Shown here: piece by piece, positions 1 to 10,769 of the stretch
Layout: each line of letters opens with the position of its first letter
Position numbering within the stretch: position 1 is the first letter of the stretch
Assembly (NCBI GenBank): GCA_051881195.1
Contig: JBJEPK010000010.1
Span: 1,389 to 65,388, forward strand
Origin: Eubacterium sp.
Lineage (GTDB): Bacteria > Bacillota > Clostridia > Oscillospirales > Acutalibacteraceae
Length of the DNA: 64,000 nucleotides
Direction of reading: 5' to 3'
Notes under the pieces: generated by a model
What the model was told of the DNA's origin: nothing
The model's input: only the letters and a program-made list of their open reading frames with translations
The model's database searches: none
Made by a program: the position numbers and the translations under genes

Positions 1-1066
1 CACCAATACCCTTTGCGTGCTCGGTGAGCTTGTCAATCTTTTTGCGGCTATATGTAGCGGCAGCATTCTTGGCAACAATTGCTTTTACTGCGCCACCGTT
101 AGAAATAGCGTTCTTGAACACGACAAAATCAGTGGTGTCCGCCCAGTCGCTAATATCCTCAATCAGCATTTCAAAGCGAGTATCCGGCTTGTCCGAGCCA
201 TACCTGTTCATAGCCTCGGCAAATGTCATACGAGGCAATGGAGCAGGAACATCAACATTGATAGTCTCTTTCATAAGACGGGAAATAAAGCCCTCTGCCA
301 TACTCATAATGTCGTCGCAATCAACAAAGGACATCTCCAAGTCAATTTGGGTAAACTCCGGCTGACGGTCTGCACGCAAATCCTCGTCACGGAAGCAACG
401 GGCCAACTGAATATATCTGTCAAAGCCGGCAATCATTGTCAACTGCTTGTAAATCTGCGGTGACTGCGGCAGAGCATAAAATTTGCCGTTGTGGATACGG
501 GATGGAACAACGTAGTCACGAGCACCCTCGGGTGTGGACTTAATCATCATTGGAGTCTCTATCTCGATAAAATCGTTGGAATAGAAATAATCTCTGGCAA
601 TCTGTGCAATCTTGTGGCGCATGAGAATATTCTTTGTCAGCTTTTCGTTACGAAGATTCAAATAACGGTACTTGAGGGTGACATCGTCGCCAACCTTCTC
701 GCTCTTTTCTATCTCAAAAGGAGGGGTGTCAGCCTTGGATACAATACGAAAATCAGTAACAATAACCTCAATATCGCCGGTAGGTATATCCTTGTTTTTG
801 CTTTCACGCTCTGCAACTGTGCCAACGGCAGCCACAACATATTCGCTGCGTACACTCTGAGCCTTGGCAAAAATCTCTCTGTCAGTGTGGTCATTAAAGG
901 ACAACTGGATAATGCCGGTTCTGTCTCTCAAATCAATAAAAATAAGGTTACCCAAGTCTCTCTGACGCTGTACCCAACCAAAAACTGTGATGGTGTCGCC
1001 AACATTTTTTATACCAAAATTAGCACAATAGTCTGTGCGTTTTAGTCCCTTGATGGAATCACTCAT
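1..1066 (-). CDS. aspS: Aspartate--tRNA ligase (3' part runs off the window)
   Basis: Read manually on the minus strand: MSDSIKGLKRTDYCA...QRDLGNLIFIDLRDRTGIIQL...LPQSPQIYKQL...; the start overlaps the hisS stop; hisS-aspS is a conserved gene order. Confidence 0.93.
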   Translation of the reverse strand, partial: MSDSIKGLKRTDYCANFGIKNVGDTITVFGWVQRQRDLGNLIFIDLRDRTGIIQLSFNDHTDREIFAKAQSVRSEYVVAAVGTVAERESKNKDIPTGDIEVIVTDFRIVSKADTPPFEIEKSEKVGDDVTLKYRYLNLRNEKLTKNILMRHKIAQIARDYFYSNDFIEIETPMMIKSTPEGARDYVVPSRIHNGKFYALPQSPQIYKQLTMIAGFDRYIQLARCFRDEDLRADRQPEFTQIDLEMSFVDCDDIMSMAEGFISRLMKETINVDVPAPLPRMTFAEAMNRYGSDKPDTRFEMLIEDISDWADTTDFVVFKNAISNGGAVKAIVAKNAAATYSRKKIDKLTEHAKGIG

Positions 1067-2408
1067 TCTCGTTACCTCCCAAAAACAGTGAGCCAAAATC
1101 AAAAGCCTCGCCGTTAATTTCTAAGTCCTTTAGTGCATCCTGCATACTGATGTCATAAAATCCGGAAACAAAGGTGGTAAGAGCAATATCGGTGCTATCG
1201 CCGGTGGACATATTCTTCAGTTTAGCAACGCCCTGCTCCACCTCATTGTCACCAATTACAACATTGAACTTTGCTCCCAACTTGTCAGCATACTTCATCT
1301 GTGCACGCAGAGAACGGCCATTAAGGTCGTACATTGCAGAAAATCCCTCTGCTCGCATATCCTTAGCTATCTCGATGGCCTTAAGCGTTGCCTTGTCGCC
1401 CATAGCTACAATAAACAGGTCAGGCTTATTTTCTTCCGGATAAGGACAACCCTGTGCATCCATAACCAGCTGAAGTCTCTCCAAGCCCATACCAAAACCA
1501 AGGGACGGTGTCCTCTGTCCGCCAAGCTCCTCAATAAGGCCGTCATATCTGCCACCGCCGCAAACAGTACCCTGTGAACCGATAGCATCGGATACATACT
1601 CAAACACGGTCTTTGTGTAATAGTCTAGACCTCTGACAATTTGTGGATTGACAATATACTCAATATTCATAGCGTCAAGATACTTCTTGACTGAGTCAAA
1701 ATGCTCTTTGCACTCATCACAAAGATAATCCAATACAACCGGTGCGCCCTTTGCAATTTCGCTGCACACCGGACTCTTGCAGTCCAAAATACGCATTGGA
1801 TTACGTTCCAACCGCTCACGACAGGTATCACAAAGCTCACTCTCACGGGATGAAAAATACTCCTTGAGTGCCTTGTGGTATTCTGCACGGCAGGTAGGAC
1901 AGCCGATGGAGTTAATCTCCAGGTGCAAATCCTTAACCTCCAGTTCGTCAAACACCTGCTTAGCAAGAGAAATCATCTCTGCATCAGCAAGTGGTGATGT
2001 GGCGCCAAAGCACTCGATACCGAACTGATGGAACTCACGCAATCTGCCTGCCTGTGGCTTTTCGTACCTGTAACATGATGTCAGATAACATACCTTTTGG
2101 GGCAATGCCTCATTGCACAGACCATTCTCAAGAAATGACCTGGCTGCACCGGCTGTACCCTCCGGACGCAGGGTTATGGAACGACCACCCTTGTCATCAA
2201 AGGTGTACATCTCCTTTTGTACCACATCAGTGGTATCGCCAACGCCTCTTTGGAATAACTCGGTATGCTCAAAAACAGGAGTTCTAATCTCCTTGTATCC
2301 AAACTTTTCTGCCACTCCAAGGCAGGTTGATTCTATGTATTGATTTTTGTATGCCTCTGTTGGCAATACATCCTTGGTGCCCTTAATTGCTTTTGTTATA
2401 AGTGCCAT
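1059..2408 (-). CDS. hisS: Histidine--tRNA ligase
   Basis: LRPEGTA, YRYEKPQAGRLREFHQ, VRGLDYYT and GGGRYDGL motifs. Confidence 0.97.
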   Translation of the reverse strand: MALITKAIKGTKDVLPTEAYKNQYIESTCLGVAEKFGYKEIRTPVFEHTELFQRGVGDTTDVVQKEMYTFDDKGGRSITLRPEGTAGAARSFLENGLCNEALPQKVCYLTSCYRYEKPQAGRLREFHQFGIECFGATSPLADAEMISLAKQVFDELEVKDLHLEINSIGCPTCRAEYHKALKEYFSSRESELCDTCRERLERNPMRILDCKSPVCSEIAKGAPVVLDYLCDECKEHFDSVKKYLDAMNIEYIVNPQIVRGLDYYTKTVFEYVSDAIGSQGTVCGGGRYDGLIEELGGQRTPSLGFGMGLERLQLVMDAQGCPYPEENKPDLFIVAMGDKATLKAIEIAKDMRAEGFSAMYDLNGRSLRAQMKYADKLGAKFNVVIGDNEVEQGVAKLKNMSTGDSTDIALTTFVSGFYDISMQDALKDLEINGEAFDFGSLFLGGNENE

Positions 2409-2479
2409 AAAAATCTCCTATATTACAGTGCGTTAGGGTGACAGCAAAACTGCCACCCTTAAATTCTCTTTTATTTCAA

Positions 2480-2908
2480 TTATTGCTGAAAGTTGTTGCC
2501 GCCGTTGTATCTAGGGTTAACAATCTCCCTCCACTCAAAGTCACCGCGTTCTACGCCACGAATAAGTGCCTCGGCTGTGGCAATGTTGGTGGCAAATGGG
2601 ATATTGTGAACGTCGCACAAACGCAACAGGTCATTGTCATTAGGCTCGTATGGCTTTGGGTTAAGTGGGTCGCGGAAGAATATAAGCAAATCAATCTCGT
2701 TACAAGCAATACGGCTGGCAATCTGCTGGCCACCGCCCTGTGCGCCACTGAGGAAACAATTAATATTAAGGCCGGTTGCCTCTTTTACTAACTTACCGGT
2801 TGTACCTGTAGCACACACATCGTGTCTGCTGATAATGCCGCAATACGCAATACAAAACTGTACCAGCAATTCTTTTTTTGCATCATGTGCAATTAAAGCA
2901 ATGTTCAT
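2480..2908 (-). CDS. mgsA: Methylglyoxal synthase
   Basis: [24 protein letters not shown] and ATNIATAE motifs. Confidence 0.93.
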   Translation of the reverse strand: MNIALIAHDAKKELLVQFCIAYCGIISRHDVCATGTTGKLVKEATGLNINCFLSGAQGGGQQIASRIACNEIDLLIFFRDPLNPKPYEPNDNDLLRLCDVHNIPFATNIATAEALIRGVERGDFEWREIVNPRYNGGNNFQQ

Positions 2909-2991
2909 AGCCTCTTCCCTCCAAAATTTGCCATAGGGTTATTTTTTATTTATATATAATATCACAAAGTATTACAATACACAAGAATTTT

Positions 2992-5028
2992 TTACAGCAA
3001 AGTTCCCTCCTGCTGTGCATTCTTTGCATCAGTATTATTGCTGTAGTAATAATCAATAACGCTGGAAGTTATCTTGGCTGTGGATGAACCGGAACCGGCG
3101 TACTCAATTACCGAGGATACAGCAATCTCTGGATTATCATACGGTGCGTAGGTAATCAGAAATCCGTTGTTATGCTTAACGCCCTTAACAACTACCTGGG
3201 AAGTACCTGTCTTGCAGGCCACCTTTGTGTCAATACGGCCAAACACCTCGCTGGGGCCACCCTGAGTAGCTACCTTGCGCATACCTCTTTTTACCATAGC
3301 CATATTGTTGGGGCTAATATCCACATTACGCACAACATTAGCGCCGGTCTCGGTAACAATACCGGTGGATTGGGATATTCTGCTCTTTACAAAATGCATT
3401 TGGTATCTTTTGCCGCCATTAGCAATGGTAGCACAGTAATTACATAACTGTAACGGAGTAAACAGATTGTCCGACTGGCCGATAGCGGCCTGTACCGTAT
3501 CTCCGGGATTCCATACCATATCCCACTTTTTACGGTATTCCGGGCCTGCAAGGATGCCTTTTGACTCCGGAATCTCCACTCCTGTTTTTTCTCCAAGACC
3601 AAACATAGAGCCGTACATATTCATTCTCTCAATACCCAGCCTTCTGGCGCAGTTATAAAAATAAATATTGCATGAGTGTTGCAGCGCTCCCTCAACATTA
3701 AGTGAGCCATGAGCATCTGTACAACCGAACTTCATATCCAAATAATGGTACTCGCCACCACAGGTAAAAGTAGTACTGCCGTCAACCACGCCCTCCTGTA
3801 ATGCCGCGCAGGCCATAAGCGGCTTGAAGGTTGAGCCGGGAGCATAAGTACCCATAGCAAAACGATTATACAAAGGCTTGGTACTGATTTTTGACAGCTC
3901 GTTATATTTTTCGTAATAATCGTTAAGGTCATAGGATGGATAATTGGCAGCAGCCAAAATCTCGCCGGTATTACAGTTGGACATAACCACAGCACCTGTT
4001 GAATTGTACTGAACTTCCAGGCAGGTTTCCTTAAGCTTTTTTTGGGCAAGCTTTTGCAAATCCTTGTCTATGGTCAGCACTATTGTGTCGCCCTGAATCG
4101 GCTCCTTGGTTACAGTCTCGGTAACATTTCCGTCGCCGTCGATAACAACTGTTTTTTCGCCGGGGGTACCACGCAGGTATTCCTCACAGGATGCCTCAAT
4201 ACCTGATTCACCAATCTCGTCCTCAATACCGTAGCCCCGGTCTTTTTTTTCTGCATATTCTTCGGCGTTAATCTTGCGGATTGTACCGATAATATGAGGT
4301 GCCAAGGAGGAATCGACATACTCTCTGTATGCCACCACCTGACACTGTGCGCCTTGGTATTTTTCGCTATTCTCCTGAATAGCAGCAACTGTCTTGTCAC
4401 TAACATCATCAGCGATTGTAACAGGATTCTGTACAGAAAAAAGCAGGCGTGTCAGCTCATATCTTATATTACCGATTTCCAGAGCAGTAGCAATATCGTA
4501 GTCCTCAAGCCCATACTTCTCTACCATAACATCAAAACAATTCTGTGCAGTAGCATAAGGCTGAACATTGAGCATATCCTTGCTTTTCATTGTCTTGATA
4601 TTCTTTTCGTACTCATCGTCATCCGCTTTAGAATAAAATGCAATTTTGCCACTCTTAGTTATCTTGAGAGGTAGGTTATGAACATAATCCTCCTTGTTCT
4701 TTTTGAACAGCTTGATAAGGTCAAGCACAATTCTGTTACGGGTGGCATTATCGTCCTTACCTGACGGAAAATAGGCTGCATTAAGCACAATACTGTTACC
4801 CTGACGGTTGGTTACCAGTGGATTGCCATTACGGTCAACAATCTCGCCACGGGAGGCGGGAATGGAAACTGTGTAGGTCTTGACTGCGTTATTGAGTGCT
4901 GCGTAGTATTCGTTATTACGCACCTGAATATCGTACAGATTGTATCCAAATCCAAACAGTGTAGACAGCACCAGTATGATGACGATGGTAGTCCTGGCAC
5001 TCTTATATCTAGCGTCCACTAATAACAC
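2992..5028 (-). CDS. mrdA: Class B penicillin-binding protein 2 (transpeptidase)
   Basis: N-terminal TM, RGEIVDRNG dimerisation motif, GSTFK (SxxK), SCN (SxN), KTGT; lies downstream of mreBCD; start approximate. Confidence 0.88.
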   Translation of the reverse strand: MLLVDARYKSARTTIVIILVLSTLFGFGYNLYDIQVRNNEYYAALNNAVKTYTVSIPASRGEIVDRNGNPLVTNRQGNSIVLNAAYFPSGKDDNATRNRIVLDLIKLFKKNKEDYVHNLPLKITKSGKIAFYSKADDDEYEKNIKTMKSKDMLNVQPYATAQNCFDVMVEKYGLEDYDIATALEIGNIRYELTRLLFSVQNPVTIADDVSDKTVAAIQENSEKYQGAQCQVVAYREYVDSSLAPHIIGTIRKINAEEYAEKKDRGYGIEDEIGESGIEASCEEYLRGTPGEKTVVIDGDGNVTETVTKEPIQGDTIVLTIDKDLQKLAQKKLKETCLEVQYNSTGAVVMSNCNTGEILAAANYPSYDLNDYYEKYNELSKISTKPLYNRFAMGTYAPGSTFKPLMACAALQEGVVDGSTTFTCGGEYHYLDMKFGCTDAHGSLNVEGALQHSCNIYFYNCARRLGIERMNMYGSMFGLGEKTGVEIPESKGILAGPEYRKKWDMVWNPGDTVQAAIGQSDNLFTPLQLCNYCATIANGGKRYQMHFVKSRISQSTGIVTETGANVVRNVDISPNNMAMVKRGMRKVATQGGPSEVFGRIDTKVACKTGTSQVVVKGVKHNNGFLITYAPYDNPEIAVSSVIEYAGSGSSTAKITSSVIDYYYSNNTDAKNAQQEGTLL

Positions 5029-5055
5029 CTCCCTATCAAAGTAATAGCCAAAAAT

Positions 5056-5589
5056 CTAGTCGCTAATCAATTCTTTGTTCAATTTTTTCTTAATTAAAAT
5101 CAGCGCCAAATTAAGCACCATGGTCATAACAGTGGTATAAAAGAAGCATGGAAGATAGAAATACCAAATGGTGGCAAATGCACCGTCACCACCCTTGGAT
5201 ACAACAAAAAGCAACCAATACAGGACCACATACAACAAGGATGCCACAGCGCCGAAAACCACGCCGACCCAATATGTTGCCCGTAGTAAATATGTGACCA
5301 ATGATGACGAAAAATAGCAAACCAGCATCAAAAATATAGCATTAAAACCCATGTGCTGAACGCTGGTCACATCCCACAAAAGGCCTGCCGACAAGCCAAT
5401 CATAGCGGCCAGACCCTCGTCCTCATCAAGGCCCAGCAGCACAGCCACCGGAATCAAAAAGAAACATCTTGCTCCACCTATCTGTGGCCAAGCACCCTGA
5501 ACATTCTGTAGCAATGCAGCCACCAGGAGCAAAATGCAATATACAGCGTATTTAATTGTTTTGTCCCTTTTTGTGAGCTTCATTACCAA
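5056..5589 (-). CDS. mreD: Rod shape-determining protein MreD
   Basis: Polytopic membrane protein with GLLWD motif, between mreC and pbp2. Confidence 0.85.
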   Translation of the reverse strand: MVMKLTKRDKTIKYAVYCILLLVAALLQNVQGAWPQIGGARCFFLIPVAVLLGLDEDEGLAAMIGLSAGLLWDVTSVQHMGFNAIFLMLVCYFSSSLVTYLLRATYWVGVVFGAVASLLYVVLYWLLFVVSKGGDGAFATIWYFYLPCFFYTTVMTMVLNLALILIKKKLNKELISD

Positions 5590-5596
5590 CCCTCAA

Positions 5597-6430
5597 TTAA
5601 TCCTCAAAATCTGTAAGTACCATACAGGAAGTGATATTTTCTACATCCACTCCCGGCGTAATAACTGCGTATGATGAAATATCTGTTGACTCGTCACGAA
5701 TCTCATCAACGGTGCCGATGAGTAATCCCTTTGGTACTGTACCGCTGATACCGGCAGTACAAATAATGGAGCCGTATGTCACCTCTGTGGAGGAATCAAG
5801 ATTGGCCATCTTGCACTTGCCCTCTTTGGCTAAAGCAGCATTGCCTGTAACGTAAGAAATCTCGCCACTGATTAGCTCGTATGCAGACACGCTAAAGCCC
5901 ACATCGTACACAGTCTTGACAACACTGTAGTCCGGATACGCCTTATCCACAATGCCGATAAGATACTTGCCATACAGCACAGCATCTCCCTTGGCAACAC
6001 CGTTGACAGTACCCTTGGAAATACTGAAGGATTTGTAAATATCCGCACTATCCCTGCCTATAAAGGATGCCTCCTCAAACTTGTAATTTGGGTGTTCCTC
6101 CTTTAAGCCAAGAAATTCTTTGTACAACTCGTTCTGCTTTTTTAGGTTTTCGTAGTCAACAAGCTGGGACTGTAAGTCCCCTACCTGCTCCTTAAGCTTG
6201 TTGATTTCCTTGTCATACTGGGCGTCACCCTTAACATTACCAAACACATGGTCGATGCCGTTAGCCACCTTTTGGGCAACATAATGGCATGGAGCAAAAA
6301 CCGTACCGACAATACCGGACTGCGCCGTCTCGCCGTGTCCGTTTGCAGCAGCGATGCCCGCCCCTACCAGAAACATAACGATAATACCCATTATGAACTT
6401 GAATCTGCTGTTTGTAAAAATCTTCTTCAT
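5597..6430 (-). CDS. mreC: Rod shape-determining protein MreC
   Basis: TM, coiled coil, then beta domain with PKGLLIGTV; follows mreB. Confidence 0.9.
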   Translation of the reverse strand: MKKIFTNSRFKFIMGIIVMFLVGAGIAAANGHGETAQSGIVGTVFAPCHYVAQKVANGIDHVFGNVKGDAQYDKEINKLKEQVGDLQSQLVDYENLKKQNELYKEFLGLKEEHPNYKFEEASFIGRDSADIYKSFSISKGTVNGVAKGDAVLYGKYLIGIVDKAYPDYSVVKTVYDVGFSVSAYELISGEISYVTGNAALAKEGKCKMANLDSSTEVTYGSIICTAGISGTVPKGLLIGTVDEIRDESTDISSYAVITPGVDVENITSCMVLTDFED

Positions 6431-6439
6431 TTTGCTTTC

Positions 6440-7417
6440 CTATGCTCTTCTAAGCTTGATTGATGTACCTAATGCAACACACTGAGTTGGATTGCTGGGC
6501 ACAATAACCGGCAGACCAATTTCCTCCTCAATTAAATCACGAAGACCGCGAAGCTGACTGGCGCCACCTGTAAGGTAAATACCACGCTCGATAATATCAG
6601 CAGCCAGCTCGGGCAGGGTAACCTCCAAGGTTTCCTTGATGGCGAAAATAATGGCATTTACCGGTTCCTCAAGCACATGACGAATGTCGGCAGAGGTAAT
6701 CTCCACGCTGCCGGGCAGACCGTCGTTGAGATTACGGCCTCTAATCTGCATAGTAGCCTCACCGTCATACTCCTTTGCCGAGCCAATCTTCAATTTAATA
6801 TCCTCGGCAGTGCGTTCACCAATCAGTAAGCTATGTTTTTTTCGCATATAATTGACAATAGCCTCATCCATAGCGTCACCGCCAACCTTGATATTATTGC
6901 ATGAAGCGATACCACCGAGGGATACAACTGCAACATCACAGGTACCGCCGCCGATGTCAACTATCATAGAGCCGGTAGCCTCAAATACCGGAAGTCCGGC
7001 ACCCAACGCAGCAGCCATAGGCTCCTCAATAAGTTCAACCTCCTGTGCGCCGGCAGAGCGAACAGCATCCTCAACAGCACGGCGTTCAACCTCTGTAACA
7101 CCGGAGGGAACACATACTACAACTCTGGTTTTTGTGAACATGTTACGATTACTGGAACGAAACATAAAATCGTGCAGCATATCTGCTGTCATATCAAAAT
7201 CAGCAATAACGCCGTCACGCATAGGGCGTACAGCAACTATTGAGCCGGGAGTTCTGCCTATCATCTTTTTTGCTTCATTGCCTGTTGCGAGAACCCTCTT
7301 GGACTTAACATCCACTGCAACTACACTGGGCTCGTCGATGATAATATGACCCTTTTTGTCTGCTACTACTGTGTTGGAGGTACCCAGGTCGATACCGATA
7401 TCTCTTGATAAAAGCAT
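6440..7417 (-). CDS. mreB: Rod shape-determining protein MreB
   Basis: IGIDLGTSNT, GVIADFD, IEEPMAAA, VDIGGGT and LTGGAS actin-fold motifs. Confidence 0.95.
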   Translation of the reverse strand: MLLSRDIGIDLGTSNTVVADKKGHIIIDEPSVVAVDVKSKRVLATGNEAKKMIGRTPGSIVAVRPMRDGVIADFDMTADMLHDFMFRSSNRNMFTKTRVVVCVPSGVTEVERRAVEDAVRSAGAQEVELIEEPMAAALGAGLPVFEATGSMIVDIGGGTCDVAVVSLGGIASCNNIKVGGDAMDEAIVNYMRKKHSLLIGERTAEDIKLKIGSAKEYDGEATMQIRGRNLNDGLPGSVEITSADIRHVLEEPVNAIIFAIKETLEVTLPELAADIIERGIYLTGGASQLRGLRDLIEEEIGLPVIVPSNPTQCVALGTSIKLRRA

Positions 7418-7566
7418 ATATGTAATATCTCTCTTTCCTAGTCAATATTTTATATTATATATTATACAGCCCACAATCTCAACATCCAATAGTAAAATTA
7501 ATAAAATTGTAATTTTTAATCAACAAATTGTGAGGACAGTACCCCTGCCCCCACAATATTATGTGA

Positions 7567-8433
7567 TTAGCCAATATCGGTAGTAAAAGAATAGCCCTGC
7601 TCTCTACATCCGTCAATCACTCTGCCCAATATGTCGGCGTTGGTGCTACTGACTGCGTGGAGCAGCATAATCTCTCCGGGGTGAGTGGAATCCAAAATAC
7701 CGGACAGGGTGTACTCCTCGTCAGGCTGATTGTCCGGGTCCCAATCGGCGTATGCGTATGACCAGAACACAGACTTATAACCCAGGGAATGAACAAGGTA
7801 CAAGCTTTGTTGCGAAAATTCACCTTTAGGAAACCTGAAATAACTCATTGTATAATTGTACTTTTCCTTCATATAATTGTGGAGATACACAACCTCCTCC
7901 TTGGCTTCATCAAGGGACACCTCGTCCATAGTGTAATGGCGGTAGGTATGGTTACCCACTATATGACCCTCGTCTATCATACGCCTAATCAAGTCTGCGT
8001 TGTCCCTGGCAAAGTCATATGTGACAAAGAATACCGCCTTAACCTTTTTTTCCTTTAATGTGTCCAAAATTGCAGGAGTAAAGCCATTTTCGTATCCCTC
8101 ATCAAAGGTAAGACAAATAGATTTTTGGTCATCAAGCAACCACCTTGCACCAAGGTCGCCAAAAGTTCTTTGCAAGTCAACCGGGTCTGCCGGTTGCTGA
8201 TGGTCGGTGATAATACCGGGTCCCCAAACCACCTTAGATTTTGACAAATCGTTGATTCCGGCCATTCCCTTTGCCGTAGGAGTTGTGGTATCCATACCAT
8301 CGGTTGTTTCCTCTTTTGTGGTTGAAATATTACCGGTCGTATTATTAGTAGTTGTATTAGGCTGAGTATTCTGTGTGCATCCCACAAGAAATACTGCACA
8401 CAATATTAACACAGCAGAGAATAACTTTTTCAT
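7567..8433 (-). CDS. Polysaccharide deacetylase lipoprotein (PdaA-like, NodB domain)
   Basis: ATG at 8433 after GGAGG; lipobox FLVGC; LTFDEGY, GNHTYRH, FRFPKG and LLH motifs. Confidence 0.88.
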   Translation of the reverse strand: MKKLFSAVLILCAVFLVGCTQNTQPNTTTNNTTGNISTTKEETTDGMDTTTPTAKGMAGINDLSKSKVVWGPGIITDHQQPADPVDLQRTFGDLGARWLLDDQKSICLTFDEGYENGFTPAILDTLKEKKVKAVFFVTYDFARDNADLIRRMIDEGHIVGNHTYRHYTMDEVSLDEAKEEVVYLHNYMKEKYNYTMSYFRFPKGEFSQQSLYLVHSLGYKSVFWSYAYADWDPDNQPDEEYTLSGILDSTHPGEIMLLHAVSSTNADILGRVIDGCREQGYSFTTDIG

Positions 8434-8470
8434 AAAAAAACCTCCTAAGTCTATTTTTAAACTTAGGAGC
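8434..8470 (-). terminator. Putative prfB terminator hairpin overlapping the deacetylase RBS
   Basis: Minus strand CTCCTAAGT-loop-ACTTAGGAG followed by GTTTTTTT and then ATG. Confidence 0.55.
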
Positions 8471-8494
8471 AAAAAATATGATATGAAATTTTTG

Positions 8495-9625
8495 TTATTC
8501 TTGATTGGCCTCAATACTTTTCATCTTCAAATAAGCGTTGATAAAGCCGTCCAAGTCTCCGTCCATAACAGCAGTAATGTTGCCCATCTCGTAGCCGGTA
8601 CGGTGGTCCTTTGCCATAGTATAAGGCATAAACACATAGGAGCGAATCTGCGAGCCCCAGGCAATCTCTTTTTGGTCGCCCTTAATATCCTCTATACGCT
8701 CAAGATTTTCTCTCTCCTTAATCTCTACCAGCTTTGATTTAAGCATACGCATAGCAACCTCGCGATTTTGGTGCTGGGAGCGTTCAATCTGGCAGGAAAC
8801 GACGATACCGGTGGGCACGTGAGTCAATCTGACAGCCGACGAGGTCTTGTTAACCTTTTGTCCACCTGCACCGGAGGCACGGTAAACATCCATCTTAATA
8901 TCCTCTTCTCTAATCTCCACCTCAACATCGTCGTTAATCTCCGGCATAACCTCCAGAGAGGCGAATGAAGTATGACGACGTCCTGACGAGTCAAACGGAG
9001 AAATACGCACAAGGCGATGAATACCCATCTCGCCACGCAGATAGCCGTATGCGTTCTCACCCTCGATAAGAATGGTAGCGCTCTTAATACCTGCTACATC
9101 ACCGTCAAGATAATCCAAGGTGGACACCTTGTATCCATGGCGTTCGCCCCAGCGATTGTACATACGCAACAGCATCTCCGCCCAATCCTGTGCCTCAGTT
9201 CCGCCGGCACCTGCGTGGAATGTAAGGATTGCGTTGTTGTCATCAAACTCGCCATTGAGCAAAGTGGACAGAGTCAAGGTCTCAATTCTGTTTTCTATAT
9301 CATTTACCGATGAGGTACAGTCATCCAGCAGGGACTCGTCGTTCTCCTCGTCGGCAAGCTCAATCATAACCATGGTATCATCATAATCATTCTTAAGGCT
9401 CTCGTAGGAATTAATCTTCGCCTTCAGCGAACCTATACGCTGCATAACCTTTTGGCTGTTTTGCATATCGTCCCAAAAGTCCGGTTTGGCACTTTTCTCC
9501 TCAAGTCGGACTACCTCGATAGCCAAATTATCAATATCCAGTGCTTCCTTAAGATTGGAAATAGCGCCCTCGCTTGCCATAAGCTGTTGCTTTAGATTTT
9601 CGTATTCTATCATAGTAATCTCCAT
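8495..9625 (-). CDS. prfB: Peptide chain release factor 2 (single uninterrupted ORF)
   Basis: SPF anticodon mimic (RISPFD), GAGGQ, WGSQIRSYVF; start may be at 9613 instead. Confidence 0.96.
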   Translation of the reverse strand: MEITMIEYENLKQQLMASEGAISNLKEALDIDNLAIEVVRLEEKSAKPDFWDDMQNSQKVMQRIGSLKAKINSYESLKNDYDDTMVMIELADEENDESLLDDCTSSVNDIENRIETLTLSTLLNGEFDDNNAILTFHAGAGGTEAQDWAEMLLRMYNRWGERHGYKVSTLDYLDGDVAGIKSATILIEGENAYGYLRGEMGIHRLVRISPFDSSGRRHTSFASLEVMPEINDDVEVEIREEDIKMDVYRASGAGGQKVNKTSSAVRLTHVPTGIVVSCQIERSQHQNREVAMRMLKSKLVEIKERENLERIEDIKGDQKEIAWGSQIRSYVFMPYTMAKDHRTGYEMGNITAVMDGDLDGFINAYLKMKSIEANQE

Positions 9626-9769
9626 ACATAATTTGTAACGAATGTATTATATTATATATGCCCCACTTTTGCAAGATTAAAAAATTGTTCATATCCCAGT
9701 AATGATTATGTTGATTTTTTATGCTTATATAATGTATAATAACAATAATATACTACTAAGGAGCAATAT

Positions 9770-10744
9770 ATGCCTAAGTTTGAAGAATACAAATGCCCGG
9801 TATGCGGACAACAGTTCCACAATAATGACGATGTGGTAACCTGTCCTGATTGTGGTACACCACACCATAGGCACTGCTACGAGATGACCGGCCACTGCGT
9901 CAACAAAGGTCTGCACTCTGCCGGCTATGACTACTATGAGGACAACAAACCGGTCATCCCCAAAAAAGAAGATAGCACGAAGACAGAGGAGCAATACTAT
10001 ATTCCCCCTGCCGAAAAAAACAGCGAAGCACAGGAAAATCAGCCTCGTGTCTTTGTTATGCCGATGGCACCAATCCGGGAGGACTCCGCCTATGACAAAG
10101 GCGACGACACCATTGATGGCTACAAGGTTTCCGACTACGCAGCTGCAATCAGAGCCAATGTGCCACGATTCATAACTAAGTTCAAACAAATGACTGAAAC
10201 CAAAAAGAAGATTAGCTGGAACTGGGGTGCATTTTTCTTTGGCTCATTCTATATGCTATTTAGGAAAATGTACAAACAGGGCATCACATTCCTGCTGCTG
10301 AGCTTCACATCCTATCTGGGCGGCATTACTCTGGCACTAAAAAAAGCGCCTGTGTTTGCTCAAGCTGTACAGGACATGGCTGCCTCTATACAATCAGGCA
10401 GTATGGAAAGCCTTGACACAACAGCATTACTCAACGCATCTGATTATGCTATAGCCCAAAAATACGCTTTAATCACCATGGCTGTTTTGCTTGTAATAAG
10501 AATCATTGTGACTATGTTTTCGGACTATTTTTACAAAGGCACAATCACAAATATAATCAAAAGAGTGAACGAGGAGATAGAAAAAGGGGCGTCATTTATG
10601 CAAACCTCCATGTTCCCGATAGATGACAACAACCTGTCCCAGGAACAAATGCGTAAGATGTACCTTGCCAGAATGGGCGGAGTATCATTTTTTGCACCAT
10701 TCGCAGCGTACTTTGCAATGTATATACTAATGACCATAATATAA
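9770..10744 (+). CDS. Membrane protein with N-terminal prokaryotic RING-like Zn finger and DUF2628-like domain
   Basis: CPVC..DDVVTCPDCGTPHHRHCY...GHC; WNWGAFFFG..Y..RKMY; several TM helices. Confidence 0.7.
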   Translation: MPKFEEYKCPVCGQQFHNNDDVVTCPDCGTPHHRHCYEMTGHCVNKGLHSAGYDYYEDNKPVIPKKEDSTKTEEQYYIPPAEKNSEAQENQPRVFVMPMAPIREDSAYDKGDDTIDGYKVSDYAAAIRANVPRFITKFKQMTETKKKISWNWGAFFFGSFYMLFRKMYKQGITFLLLSFTSYLGGITLALKKAPVFAQAVQDMAASIQSGSMESLDTTALLNASDYAIAQKYALITMAVLLVIRIIVTMFSDYFYKGTITNIIKRVNEEIEKGASFMQTSMFPIDDNNLSQEQMRKMYLARMGGVSFFAPFAAYFAMYILMTII

Positions 10745-10769
10745 CATTTTTTATCAGTGAGGAAATACA

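Noticed and set aside
17-1045. Plus-strand ORFs of 148, 113 and 184 aa
   Set aside because: Antisense shadows of aspS. The same applies to the many ORFs opposite nrdD, leuA, pgm, nadB and other genes.
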